From: the human T2T-CHM13v2.0 reference genome, Homo sapiens
Assembly: GCF_009914755.1 (NCBI RefSeq)
Contig: NC_060926.1
DNA length: 64,000 nucleotides
Reading direction: 5' to 3' (one strand)
The translations under genes and the position numbers were made by a program. This document shows, piece after piece, positions 13,285 through 26,376 of this stretch. The stretch's first letter is position 1. Every line of letters starts with the position of its first letter. The notes below the pieces were generated by a model. That model made no database searches. It was given only the letters and a program-made list of their open reading frames with translations, and had not been told where the DNA came from.

Positions 13285-15672
13285 TTTCTATTTTTATTTT
13301 TGTGGATACATAGTAGTTATATATATTTGTGGGTTACACGAGATATTTTGATACAGGCATGGAATGTGTAATAATCACATCAGGGTAAATGGGGTATCCA
13401 CAACCTCAAATATTTATCCTTTGTGTTACAAACAATCCAATTATACTCTTTTGTTATTAGAAAATGTACAATTAATTTTTGTTTACTATAGTCAGACTGA
13501 TGTGCTCACATATACTAATTCTTATTCATTCTTTCTATTTTCTTGTACCCATTAACTATCCCGTCTTCTCCCCTCCCCATCCCACTTTATTTCCCAGCTT
13601 TTGGTAACCATCCTTCTACTCTATCTCCTTGAGTTCAATTATTTTAATTTTTAGCTTCCACAAACAAGTGAGAACACATGAAGTCTGTCTTTCTGAGCCA
13701 GGCTTATTTCATGTAACAAAATGACCTCCAGGTTAATCCATGTTTCTGCAAATGACAGGATCTCATTGTTTTTATGGCTGAATAGCATTCCAGTTGTGTA
13801 TGTGTACCACGTTTTCCTTACTCATTCATCTATTGATGAGCACTCAGGTTGCTTCCAAGTCTTGGCTATTATGAAAGTGCTTCAATAAACATGGAAGTGC
13901 ATTTATTTCTTCAATATATTGGCTTCCTTTCATTTGAAGATATACCTAATAGTGGGATTGCAGAATCTTATGGTAGCTCTATTTTCAGTTTTTTGAGGAA
14001 TCTCCAAAAAACTGCCACTCCTTAGTGGCAGTACTAATTTACATTCCCACAACAGTGTATGAGGGTTCCCGTTACTCCACATCCTCGCCAGCATATGGTA
14101 TTGCCTAACCTCTGGGTAAAAGCCATTTTAACTGGGGTGGAATAATATCATCATAGCTTTGATTTGCATTTCTCTGATGATCAGTGATGCTGAGCACCTT
14201 TTCATATGCCTGTTTGCCATTTGCATGACTTCTTTTCAGAAATGTCTATTCAGATCTTTTGTCTATTTTAAAATTGGATTATTAGATTTTTTTTCCTGTA
14301 GAGTTGTTTAAATTTCTTATATATTCTGGTTTTTCATCACTTGTCAGATGGTAGTTGGAAAATATAGGTTGCCTCTTCACTGTGTTGATTGTTTTTCTTT
14401 GCTGTGAAGAAGCTTTTTTTTTTTTTTTTGCTTATTTATTTATTTAACTTTTAAGTTCAGGGGTACAGGTGCAGGTTTGTTACAAAGGTAAACTTAGGGG
14501 TTTGTTGTTCAGATTATTTCATCACCTCTATATTAAGCCTGGTAGCCATTTTTCCTGATCCTCTCCCTCCTCTCACCCTTCACCATCTGATAGGCCCCAG
14601 TGTGTGTTGCTCCCCTCTACGTGTCCATGTGTTCTCATCATTTAGCTCCCATTTATAAGCCAAACCATGCAGTATTTGGTATTCTGTTCCTTTGTTACTT
14701 TGCTAAGGATAATGGCCTTCAGTTCCATCCATGTCCCTGCAAAGGACATGATCTTTTTTTATGGGGGCATAGTATTCCATGGTGTATACAGACAACCTAC
14801 AGAATGGGAGAAAATTCTTGCCAACTATTTATCCAACAAAGGTCTAATATACAGCATCTATAAGGAACGTAAATTTACAAAAAAAAAAACACCCACACAA
14901 ACAATCTTATAAAAAGTGGGCAAAGGACGTGAACAGACACTTTTCAAAAGAAGACATACATGCGGCCAACCATCATGAAAAGAAAGGTCAACATCACTGA
15001 GCATTAGAGAAATGCCAATCAAAACCACAATGAGATACCATCTCACACCAGTCAGAATGGTTCTTATTAAAAAGTCAAAAAATAACAGATGCTGATGAGG
15101 TTGTGGAGAAAAAGGAACACTTATATGCTGTTGATAGGAGTGTAAATTGATTCAACCATTGCAGAAGACAGTGTGGTGATTCCTCAAAGACCTAAAGACA
15201 GAAATATCACTCAACACAGCAATTCCATTACTAGGTATACACCCAAAGGAATATAAATCATTCTATTATAAAGACACATGTACACATATGTTCACTGCAA
15301 TGCTATTCACAATAGCAAACACATGAAATCAACCTAAATGCCCATCAGTGATAGACTAGGTAAAGAAAATGTGGTACATATACACCATGGAATACTATGC
15401 AGAAGTTTTTTAACTTAATGTAATCCCATTTGTCCCTTTTTGCTTTGATTGCCTGTACTTGTGGGATATTACTCAAGAAACCTTTGCCCAGACTAATGTC
15501 CTGGAGAGTTTCCCCAGCGTTTTCTTGTAGTAGTTTCATAGTTTGGGGTCTTAGATTTGTCTTTAATTTGTTTTAATTTTATTTTTGTACATGATGAGAG
15601 ATCAGGGTCTAATTTCATTCTTCTGCATATAGATATCCAGTTTTCCCAGTACCATTTATTGAAGAGACTGTC
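13285..15672 (-). mobile_element. L1MA (about L1MA1-3) 3' portion, split by a younger L1PA
   Basis: T-tail then GATACAGGCATGGAATGTGTAATAATCACATCAGGGTAAATGGGGTATCC (L1MA 3'UTR). Antisense ORF2 runs to 14413 and resumes at ~15401 ([20 protein letters not shown]). Confidence 0.88.
14414..15400 (-). mobile_element. 5'-truncated L1PA (about L1PA8-13) with 5' inversion, nested in the L1MA
   Basis: Poly-T and antisense 3'UTR to 14789, then sense ORF2 segment GACAACCTACAGAATGGGAGAAAAT...GGAATACTATGC (14792-15400). Host sequence (A/C)AGAAG(C/T)TTTTT is repeated on both sides. Confidence 0.92.
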
Positions 15673-16785
15673 AACAAAGTGAAAAGACAATCTACAGAAT
15701 AAGAGAAAATATTTCAAAACTATTTATACATCAGGGGTAAATATCCAGAATATATAAGAAACTCAAACATTTCAACAGAAAAAAATCAATTAAAAAATGA
15801 GCAAATGATCAAAACAGACATTTCCCAAAAGAAAACAGACAAATGGCCAGTAAATATGTTTAAAAAGTGCTCAACATCAATAATCATCAGGGAAATGCTA
15901 ATCAAAACCACAATGAGATATTATCTCACCCCAGATAGAATGGCTACTATAAAAAGTCAAAAATTAACAAATGCTGGCAAGATTGCAGTGAAAAGGGAAC
16001 TCTTATATAATGTTGGTGGGAATATAAACTAGTGTAGCCATTATGAAGGTTCCTCAGAAAACTTCAAATAGAATTATCATATGATCCAGCAATTATGCTA
16101 CTGGATATTATCCAAAGGAAAGGATATCAGTATACCAAGGAAACCAATATACCAAAGAGATATCTAAACCACCATGTTTATTGCAGCACTATTTACCAAA
16201 GCCAAGATATAGAATCAACCCAAGTGTCCAACATGAGATTAATGGATAAAGAAAGTGTTGTGTATATACACAATAAAATAATCTTCAGCCATAAAAATGA
16301 TATCCTGTCATTCATGGCAATATGGATGAGCCTAAAGGACATTATGTTAAGTGAAATCAGTCAGAAACAGAAAGTTAAAGACCATACGTTCTCATTCACA
16401 TGCAATAGCTAAAAAGGTTGATCTCACAGAAGTAAAGAGTAAAACAGGTTACTAGAGACTGGGAATGGTAAGCAGAAAGTAGGAAACAGGGATATATTTG
16501 TTGAAAGATACAACTTTACAGCTAAATAGGAAGAATAAATTCTAGTGTTCTCAAGCATTGTAGGATGACTGTAGTTAATATTAACATATCATGTATTTTC
16601 AGATAGCTAGAAGCAAGGATATTGAATGTTCCCAACACAAAGGAATAAGTGTTTGAGATGATGGATATGTTAATTACCTTGGTCTTATCACTATATATCA
16701 AATATATCAAAACATCACTATGTACCCCATAATGTGTATAATTATTATTTGTCAATTTAAAAAGTAAATTTTTTAAAAATAATAA
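15673..16785 (+). mobile_element. L1MA (about L1MA4-6) 3' end
   Basis: ORF2 C-terminal remnant (REMLIKTTMRYYLTP), then a 3'UTR with ACATCACTATGTACCCCATAA and an A-rich tail. Confidence 0.88.
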
Positions 16786-17149
16786 TTTCATTGTAAGAGC
16801 TTTGGTAATACTATGAGAAATAAGGAAGATGATTCCTGTGTAAACTTTATTTTTAAGTTATTTTTCCCATTCAATTCTTAAATAATATTTTTAATAATAT
16901 TATCACCTAAAATGATAAAATGTATAAAGGTAGTGATAATTATAAAACACAGGAATATATAATATTACTATAGTGTTATGAATAAAGGACCATGACAATT
17001 TAGATATCAGAAATTATATTTTCAACTACAGGGAGTTAGGGTTCTTTGAACAGATGCCATTTGAACTGAAATTTGAAAAGTGAGTAGAATTTAGCAACAC
17101 AGACATAAAGTATCTACCAATTCAGATGATTAGTGAGTACTACCTATGT

Positions 17150-18288
17150 GTTACAGGATGCTCAAGAGGTCTTTTCCTGTTATCCTGGAATTGCAGGTAA
17201 GTCCCAAAGTAAGAAAAAGAACTGGACATTCTGAAGAAGCCCACCAACCAGACACTCCCTGAAAAGCTTAGTAAGGCAGCAGAGCCAGTCATCAACTTTC
17301 ATTGCCATCCTGTGCCACTCTTCTTCCTTTTCACAGCCACATACAGGGAGAGGAATGCAAAAGTAAAGGGAGGGTTTTGGGTAGGAAGTGAGGGGTGTTC
17401 TCCCTCCAAGATATGTAAAAAAAATAGCTTCACAGAAAAATCACTCAGAGTTGAGAATATATGCAAGAAGGGACAATTGGCTTCTTATCTCCTTGTTAGG
17501 TGTATGTATAGGCACATTTCCAGATCTGCTCCTCTGTCCATGTAGTCTTAAAGAGAACTGGAAAGAGATGGCAGGGTTTAGAAAAAATATGAGAAACAGC
17601 CTACTCTTTTATGTTTGGCCATGGAAATTTCCCCTTCAGCAAGAAACTACCAGGGCAAATGGAAGGCTTACCCAAAAAGGCTGTTCAACATGCATGACAA
17701 TTCAGGCAGTAAGAGGCTGTGGGAACAATCATGGACGTCAAGAATTAAGGCAAGGGAGGGACTAGAAGAGGTTTAGCCAGAACAAGATCTCCCATGACAG
17801 TAAATCATGCAATAGCAAGGCCCCTCCAAAGAACCTACACGTGCATCCCACAAGAGAATCAACATTTTGGTACCAGCCACACACAAAACACTGATGCTCC
17901 ATCAGTGTTAGTCAAAAAAGTAGCAACAACCGATAAGCAGTAGCTGTGGATTCATTTAGTTAAGAAAAGAGATGTTTGTCCCTCAAACCTCCCCAAAAAC
18001 TAGGGAAGCTAGAAAGGAAACACAGAGAGACATAGTAAGAACAACCACATTCAATTATCCATTCCAATCCCCTCCAGTCAAGAGTCTAATCAATGATGGG
18101 GGAAGAGGAGAGCTTTGAGGTATATGAGAGATTTGATTTTTAAACTGGATTAGACTTTTTACTAATTAAAAAGAGCAGGGAATGTTTGGCTTCTGTTCAC
18201 ACGTCCAGAAAAAGAAAAGGGGGAATTTGATATAATCATTTATTTAAAGCAACTACATTTTTTAAAGTCTATGTTTTATTTCTCAACA
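17150..18288. mobile_element. Possible ancient LTR (ERV1/Gypsy-type)
   Basis: TG...CA-bounded ~1.1-kb block with AAACTGGATTAGACTTTT near its end, reminiscent of old mammalian LTRs; family not identified. Confidence 0.3.
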
Positions 18289-18454
18289 AATCAAGATCCT
18301 TTCTTTTACTTTTTTTTTGTGAAAAGAAATGTACATGAAGTCACATTTCTTTATACTGGAGGTAAAAAAAATGAAGTCACGGAGGTAAAAAATGAAGTTA
18401 AGGAAAATTAATGATAGGACTTTCAAGCCAGATAATGCTGATGAAAAAGATGAT

Positions 18455-19140
18455 TATATTAATAGCAATAGCTAACTTTATTATTTATTATATGTCAAGC
18501 AGTGCTCTAAAAGCTGTACCTGTTGTTATGGCTTGAATATTTGTCCCCTCTAAATCTCATGTTGAAATGTGATCCCCAGTGATGGAGATGGGGCCTGGTG
18601 GGAGGTGTTTGGGTCATAGGGACAGATCCCTCATGAATGAGTTTGTGCCCTCCCTGTGGTAGTAAGTGAGTTTTCTGCTACTGCAAGATCTGATTTTTAG
18701 AAAGAGTCTGGTACCTCCTCCCCTCCCTCTCTCTCTCTCTTGCTCCCTCTCTTGCCATGTAACACACCAGCTCTGCCTTTGCCTTCTGACATGAGTAGAA
18801 GTTTCCTGAGACCTCACCAGAAGCTGAGCAGATGTTGGTGCCATGCTTGTGCAATGTACAGAACTTTGAGCCAAATAAACCTATTTTCTTGATAAATTAC
18901 CCAGCCTCAGGTATTCCTTTATAGCAAAGCAAAATGAACTAATGTACTTGTATCCTCTCATTTAATTCTTGAATCAGCTCAAAGAGGCATCTCAATCAAA
19001 TGAAACTGATCCCATTTTACAGATGTGAAAACTGAGGCTCAAGGAGGTTAAGTAACTTGCTCAAGGAGATAAACTTAGGAAGTGACAGAACCGTAGCCAG
19101 ACATGCTAATCCCATAGCCCTTGCTCTAAACCATTAAGTT
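18455..19140 (-). mobile_element. MIR SINE split by an MST LTR
   Basis: CCCATTTTACAGATGTGAAAACTGAGGCTCAAGGAGGTTAAGTAACTTGCTCAAGG core at ~19010; MIR-like ATAGCTAAC...AGCAGTGCTCTAA upstream of the LTR. Confidence 0.8.
18524..18946 (+). mobile_element. MaLR solo LTR (MSTB-like)
   Basis: TGTTATGGCTTGAATATTTGTCCCCTCTAAATCTCATGTTGAAATG...AAATTACCCAGCCTCAGGTATTCCTTTATAGC; 5-bp TSD C(C/T)TGT. Confidence 0.92.
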
Positions 19141-22100
19141 TTGCTGTCAGTGAAGTCTGCTTTATGTTCACTACTTTTACTGAACTCTATACTACTTCAA
19201 AGATCTATCTTCAGTTCCACATTCTCCACAAAACCACTCGTTTATTCTCCATAGTCAATTTATCTTTGAATTTCCACTCCGTTTGAATTCTTAAAGTACA
19301 TTCTAGCATTAGGGATAATTTCATTTACTTTTTTGTACCCCTACCCCCATCCCAGACTTCCCTATTCTTCCTGACCCTACAACTGCCGTGAAAATCATGC
19401 AATGCATCACAAAGAGGATAGACAAGCATAACTCATAGATGTTTTCTGATTTTCCTTAACCTATTATTTTGTAGGCTGCTGTAATAGAAATCTGACAGAA
19501 AAAGGTCTGTAAATTCCTGGAAGTTTCAATACTTTTCCTACTACCTAGTCTCAATTAACACAATTTAAATGCCATTTAAATGGCAGCTAGTGCTCTCGTT
19601 TCAATCATTTAATACTTTTGTAAATCTATTTTTGAACTCATTTTATGCCTAATAATCATTCTATTCAAGTACCGCTAAGCCATGTTGCATGACACCCTGG
19701 CTCTGCTGGAGAGCTGCTTCCTTTGAAAAACGGTTGACGAGTACCAAATTTATTCTGCGTAAATTGTTTTTATAGCAGCCTGATGTTCTTCAATCTTTTC
19801 TTAAATTGAACAGTGGTAAGATACAATGTAAACTGCCTTGCAGCTACATTGGATTTGCCATGCTGGCTCTCCACACTTGGAATTAGATTGATGTTTCATT
19901 TTACACAAAGGATATTTTAAGTAGCTCTGAGTACACCTCCATACTACTCACAAAGCATACTTCCTCATTATTTCAATATTTCTTCAGTTAAAAAAAGACA
20001 GACAGCAACTTGATTACTCCTTTGGGTTCGAAGAACAACTCATATTTTCAATGAGCACTCTAAACAACGGGTTTTCACAGACCGTACTTCAAAATCCACA
20101 GCTATGGCAGGGATCCCTGTGAGCTCATTAGACGGTTGTTAAATGATAAAGTTGAAATATGAATCTTTAAAAGAGGACCCCAATTTATGGGTGTATTTTA
20201 TCAAAATAAAATATGCTGAAGGAGGGAAATATATTCATGAAAACACTTTTTCTCTGAGATATTTTTCAAGGCAGCAGCTTTTTAAGCCCAGTTTGCCAAT
20301 TGTCATCAATTCATCTTCTTAAGCACATAATTCAATCTATTCAATGTTGTACTATGGCAGTGTTGATGAGCTCTTAATTCTCCCCTATTTATTATAGTAA
20401 ATGTAGCACTGACCTTAATAAGGCATGTATTAAGACAAAAATGTCAGTGCCATATTTTAAAAGACAGTTTCAAGTGCAGAAGTTCCAAAGGTCAACATGA
20501 TATTTGGAAGTGGGTCATTCAAACACATATTAAGTTTGGAAAGAATGTAAGTGAAATCACTTGATAATTTGATAGATTTTTTATTTTTAAACAGGAGATG
20601 CAGGAACAGCTAAAGTTTAGAAACTGTAGAGATGATCTGATTTTACTTTATTTGACTGTCGTGAATCTCTTTCAATTACCAAAATTACTTTCTCATGTAA
20701 ATAGTTATTTAAGGTTGGAGAGTGGGAAATATAGTCAGTCAACTGATGCTGGCCCTCACAATGAATATATTTTAAGTAAATTGTTGACTAAAAAGCTTAT
20801 TGTCTGAGAGGAGTGCTGTATACATGGTCGGCTCTGAAAATTTTGTCGTTTGAGTAAATCTATTACATCAGTTACTTATGGACTAAATTATCTGAATTGA
20901 ATTGAGTGGATACTTTTGAATTCACTGTTTCATAGAAGTCTGAAGATGTAATTAGTTATGAAATTAATTTAATTATAGGTTTTTGACAGCCTGCTCTATT
21001 CAAGGTTCCCTATTGGTCTCTGTGAAGATGAGAAATATTTAGAACAGCCCACCCCTATTTTCAAGGAGTTTAAAGCTCTGTAGGAAGAATAAGAGACAAG
21101 CAAATACAGTATATTTAGTTTAACCTCAGATTCTGTAATAAGATTATTCTATATCATCCCAAGCAAATGGCTCTCTGGTCACTGACCACTGCCAGCTCTG
21201 TCACTATCTCAGTGCAATCTATTCTGTAAGATTGAAATGTAGTTGGAAAGTTCTTCATTGCACTGAACTAAAATTTGTTTCTTCATGATTTCTTTCCATT
21301 GATTTTATGTTCTGGTCTTTTAAATCAAGAACCATCTACTCTCTCTTTTTCAGGATAATCTTTTAAGTATCTGAAGACCCTTCGGTTCCTATATTGGTCA
21401 ATTCACTTCAACAAATGCCTTTATCTTCTCTTCCAGCTGAACCTCTTTAGTTTCATTTTTAAAATATCTCAATATAATGACATTTTGAGATTCTTCTGCC
21501 CCTCCCCTCATCTTATCCCATTTGTCTTATTCTGGTTGGGAGAAAAAGCCCATGTGGTTTGGAGATGAAAATGATTAGTACAATAGCATGATACAGAATA
21601 ACTATTATTGGAGGTTGAACTGCACTGAGTACAAAATGCCATAGTAAATTATAAGGATAGAATGTTCACTGTTCTTTAAGGATTTTTCTTGTGAGTCAAA
21701 TTTTTAGAAAACTTTAAAAGTCTACCCTGTTAGTGCTCACAATCTGGATGTATGGGTGTTGCTGATGCTGGAAAATGCAAAGCAGTGTTCTCCACGTGGC
21801 AGACACACAAAGATTGCCCTTTCATTTTCTTCTGCAGCCACCATCTAAGAATCTGTTTCATTTCCTCACAGTCTGTTTGACACCTTTACTCAAAAAGCCA
21901 CCCCATCTGTGATGCTTCATGCCATATTGTTCTGTCTACCAGTGATGCTTCCAATTTGTTCCCAGCTCTGCCATGCCACTTGAAATGGGTTGCAGTGTCG
22001 CTAGAAAGCTTCTTAGTTCAACCTGCAATTCAGCTGCCTTTTGGGTTTCTGATTTTGCATGTTGATTATGTATCTCCCATGGAGCAGAGTTATACAACCA

Positions 22101-23779
22101 CAACTGGCTGCTGTTTCAGACTGAATGCTTCAGATTATTCTTGGCCACCTCAGACTGCCTCATTTTATGCTAATTATGGCTGGCTGGTGACATTAATGAG
22201 CTTTAGAGATCCCACTAGAGCATCAAGGGTATGTCAAAGATCTAGCAGGCACCTTGAAGATCAGACACACCATTGTACAGATCCACATTTGGTTCTGTCC
22301 CTAAGGACATGATTTTTTTTAATTAATATCTTTTTTTTCCCTGTAAATTGGCACAGCTCTACAAATCTGCTTGCAGACTGCAGGTTCAGTGATAGTTTTG
22401 GACTCTCTACTGTTCATGATCATCTTGGGAATGAGGAAGTTATTTTTGTAGTTTCTGTTTTTTCAGGTTTAGAAATAACAGTATCGACAATGATGACAAC
22501 AAATTCCCACATGAAACACATTAGAACAAGACCCCTTTGACCAAGCCCCCCTTTCCTCACCCTTCTTAAGAGCTGTCTCAGACCCCAAGACATCCTCCAA
22601 CATCTCTTCAGAATAGCGTGTGATGGTGAGGACATAAAAATTATGCGCATACAGATCTGGATTTCTATCCCAGCTCTATGGCAAACTATTGTGCAAACTT
22701 TGAACAGCACATGTTAAGCTGAGACAGTAACACTGACTTCAGATAGTTATGCTAAGAATTAAGCCAAATAAAATTGAGGCCTGGATGTATTCTGTCTTTA
22801 CTCTGTACTCCTAAACCAATTCATGGTGTACTTTTCTAGTGAGACCTGGTCTCATGCTCCATCAGAGTCATTGGGTATTTTCTTAGCATCCTGGTGCCAG
22901 GTACTCTGTCTCTCACCCTTATCTTCCCAGCCATGAATAATGCAATATTTTTAGCAAATTCTCTCATCTAAAATTTACCTAAGCCGCAAGTCTTCCATTT
23001 GTGATTTACCTCCTAGGAACACAAAGCTGGGCTCAGAGTCTGTGAGGAAAACATATTAGAGAAGAAACTTAATTACTTAGTTACCATTTCCCACCTCCAA
23101 CCTGTCTGTTCCCCTCTTTCTGTAAGTTACAGTAATTTTAATCTATAACAGATCTTGGTAAATATTTTCCTTGTTGTTCCCCAAAATGTGTGTCAGCAAA
23201 ACTAGCTCTACAGGATGATACATAGGATTAGTGAAAAAAAAGTGGTTTACATGATCAAGTAAGTTTGAAAAAACTCTGTTCAAGCAAGGTTGAAAGGCTT
23301 TTTTTTGGTTGTAGGACTTGTTAGCACTTCTAATATGCTAATATTCTTAAAAGGAGAAGGGATAAAGTAGATAGTCCTCATATTACTTGTTTTTCTTTAC
23401 ACTTGAAATCTGAGAGGGGATTACCTCTCAGGTAAAGTGCTGATCTAATCCAAACAAAACAGAGGCTCAGAAAGCCATTTTTATTTCACTGTGCTTCAAA
23501 ATCATAACCCTCAAAAGCAAAAGGACAGAAAAAAATGAGAAAAGCAACACAGGTGGCATGCAGCAAACATGAGCAGAGGAAGATTCTGTGTTTTAATCAA
23601 TCCACAAACTATCCATAAAACTTCCTGTCCCTTTAAATCAGTTATATTTAATCCTTCCTAATTTCTGCAGCTGCCTGGCTACCTTCACTCTCCCAAACAC
23701 ATTTAATCTGATATGATATTAACAATTTTATTAGTTAGTGTTATATATCTGAATTTGGGTGTTTGAAGGGCTTAGCCTT

Positions 23780-24236
23780 GCTATGGGTTGAATTCATCTG
23801 TTGAAGTCCTAACTCCTAACACTTCATAATGTGCACTTATTTGGAAATAGAGTCATTGTAGAAGCAGTTAGTTCAGTTAAGATGAGGTTTTACTAGAGTA
23901 TTATGGTCCCCATTGTCTAATATGAGTGGTGTCTTTAAAAAAGGGGGAAATTTGAGCACAGAGGAAGACATGCGAATAGGGAGAACATGCATGTGCAAAG
24001 ACAGAGATGAAGGTGATGCTTCTACAAGCCAAGAAACATCAAAGATTGCCAGCAAGCCACCAGAAGCTCAGAGAATGGCATGAAGCAGATCCTCCCTCAC
24101 AGCCTCAGAAAGAACCAACCCTGCTAACACCCTGATCTCAGACCTCTAGCCTCTAGAACCTTGGGAAAATACATTTCTGTTGTTTAAGCCACTCAGTTTT
24201 GGTACTTTGTTACAGCAGCTCTAGCAAGCTAATACG
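23780..24236 (+). mobile_element. MaLR solo LTR (MLT1B/C-like)
   Basis: TGCTATGGGTTGAAT...TTATTTGGAAATAGAGTC...TTTCTGTTGTTTAAGCCACTCAGTTTTGGTACTTTGTTACAGCAGC...CTAATAC. Confidence 0.9.
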
Positions 24237-25429
24237 TGCTCCTAACATTTCTGGGAGGAAATAACATCACTTATCTGGCTTATGAACTTCTCTTACCCCA
24301 TTCATACCCCTGGTACCATCCTGGTTGGCCTCCTCCTGGGTTTCTGTCTCTTACTTCTGCCAAAAGTTCAACGAAGGTGGAGAGGCAAGGTTTATTTGCT
24401 GTGCCCCTACATCTGCTTGGGTCTTAAATCTTAGTTCTATTCCTGTGAAGCATTACAACAGTGAGCATGGAGCTGGCCACATGCACATAATTGTGTCACT
24501 TAGCCTCTGTGTTGTTAGTTGACCAGATTATCTAGTTTAACATATTATGAACACATAGGACAATAAGGCTATGATAAGAAGTAAATATTTGTGTGGCTGT
24601 AGGCAGCGGTATATAGTAGCTATTATTTACAGGCACAGAAATTAATATGGAAGAGAAATATATTTTGCTATTTAAAATAGCATTAACCCTAGACACTTAT
24701 GATCACTTCATTATGAAGTTAATTAATAAAAGCACTGTAACTTTTAGGGGCATCATTTTAATGATTTATTTATATGGACTTTCACAATTAAATATTTTAT
24801 TCCCTGTTTATAGACCATGATTATCTCTTCACACAGTAGTTTTGTCTGCTTACAACAATGATTTGGATTCTCTTGAACTCAGACCTTGATGAATCATTCT
24901 CCTAGCTGTTCTCTGTAGGAACTGAGTCATCACAAAGAGTATTTGTTCATGAAAGGGCATAAGTCAGCAAAGGGTGTTAACTATTTTGGGATCACCTTTC
25001 TGAAAATCTAAGAAAAGCTAAGGACTCTTCCCCCTTAAAAATGAAAATTGTTTATTTTCTATGTAATTGCAAGTGTTCACAAGAAACATAAAGTTTATAA
25101 CTAAATTCCCTAGAATTCTAAGGGCTCCATGTTAAGAATTCCAAAACAATATCATCCATCCTCATTCATATGCCTCTCAGGGGAGAAAAGGGCTGTTTTC
25201 CACCCATGAAAAGAACAGGTAACGAAGAACTGAACTGATAGAATCAGCATCTCAGAAAAGATTTTTTTTTTAAACTAAGTATTCAGATTCTCTAGTGGAT
25301 GTATCCCAAGGAAAAACAGCCACATTTCTCAGGATGGATCTTAGCAAAAGAGACTATTGTGCTTAATTGGCACCAGGAGTGGATTTGGTCACACACTACT
25401 TCCAGCTTTTATCTCTGAAGTGGTGTATA

Positions 25430-26376
25430 TTCAGTGGATCCACCTGTCCAGCATCAGCTTCTCTTTCTTCTGATGATAATACCCTATCTTCCCTTTTGAG
25501 GGCCCAGTCTTCTCTAACTCGATTCATTTGGTTCAGTTATGGCTGAATCCATCTCAGCTCCAGAGTTTGGCACATAATTGAAAGCTGGCTTGTGAGTGTA
25601 TTCTACTTCATGCCTATAGTGATTGGTTCAGGGAAGGATCTTTGAGCTAATCTGGGGACTTGTGACTTACATTCAACTTTTAGGTCAAAGAAACCCTCTC
25701 AGGGTAGCTAGGCTGTTAGGAGTTAGTCCTGGAGCTGCTGGTGATCTTTTTGTCACACATGAAAGAAAGCATGTCTACTAGTAATGCCATGAGAGAACAG
25801 AAAAGATCCAGGAGATGGCAGCCCAGTCCTGAGGGTATCATACCTAGCTGTGTGGAAGAGAACCACTCTGCACCTTTCTCCCCAGAAGCTCAACCCAGGA
25901 GGCTGACCTGTGGAGACCACATAGAGTGCCTCTCTGGTTTTCAGATGGGGTTGGGCACTGGGAAGCCACAGCAGAGGTGAGGTGAGGGATTTAATCCTCT
26001 GGGTCTCTCTATAGGGTTGTCTCAGGCTGGCTCTGTCAGACTCTTTTCAGGTTCTGGTAACTTCTTCCTCTCATATCATTCGGCTTATAGGTGGTAACAG
26101 CTCTTCTGCTAACCCTGGGTTACTGTTCTAGCTCATTTTCATTCACTACTCTCATATCTTCACAATGTTTCTTGTGTATGTAAACTGTTCTGGTTATTTT
26201 AATATAAGCGTGCCAGCTGTTTCCTGTTGAGACGCCCAATAATACACCAGCCTTGCCTGAAATCAGCTCAACCTTAGACATTTCATATACGTGAGCATAT
26301 ACATTCCATTTTTTGTTTAATCCATTTTGTGAAGTGTTTCTATCACTTGCAACCAGAAAGAGTCTTGACTAATACA
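25430..26376 (+). mobile_element. Old MaLR LTR (MLT1K/L-like) interrupted by an ERVL LTR
   Basis: GTGATTGGTTCAGGGA internal motif; 3' end TTCTATCACTTGCAACCAGAAAGAGTCTTGACTAATACA. Confidence 0.65.
25849..26246 (+). mobile_element. ERVL solo LTR (LTR33-like)
   Basis: CCCAGGAGGCTGACCTGTGGA... and terminal GTGCCAGCTGTTTCCTG...AATACA; 5-bp TSD C(T/C)AGC at 25844-25848 and 26247-26251. Confidence 0.65.

Noticed and set aside
20570-22480. Polypyrimidine-AG acceptor-like sites (e.g. ~20594, ~22466)
   Set aside because: Such sites are common in AT-rich DNA; no paired donors or coding signal.
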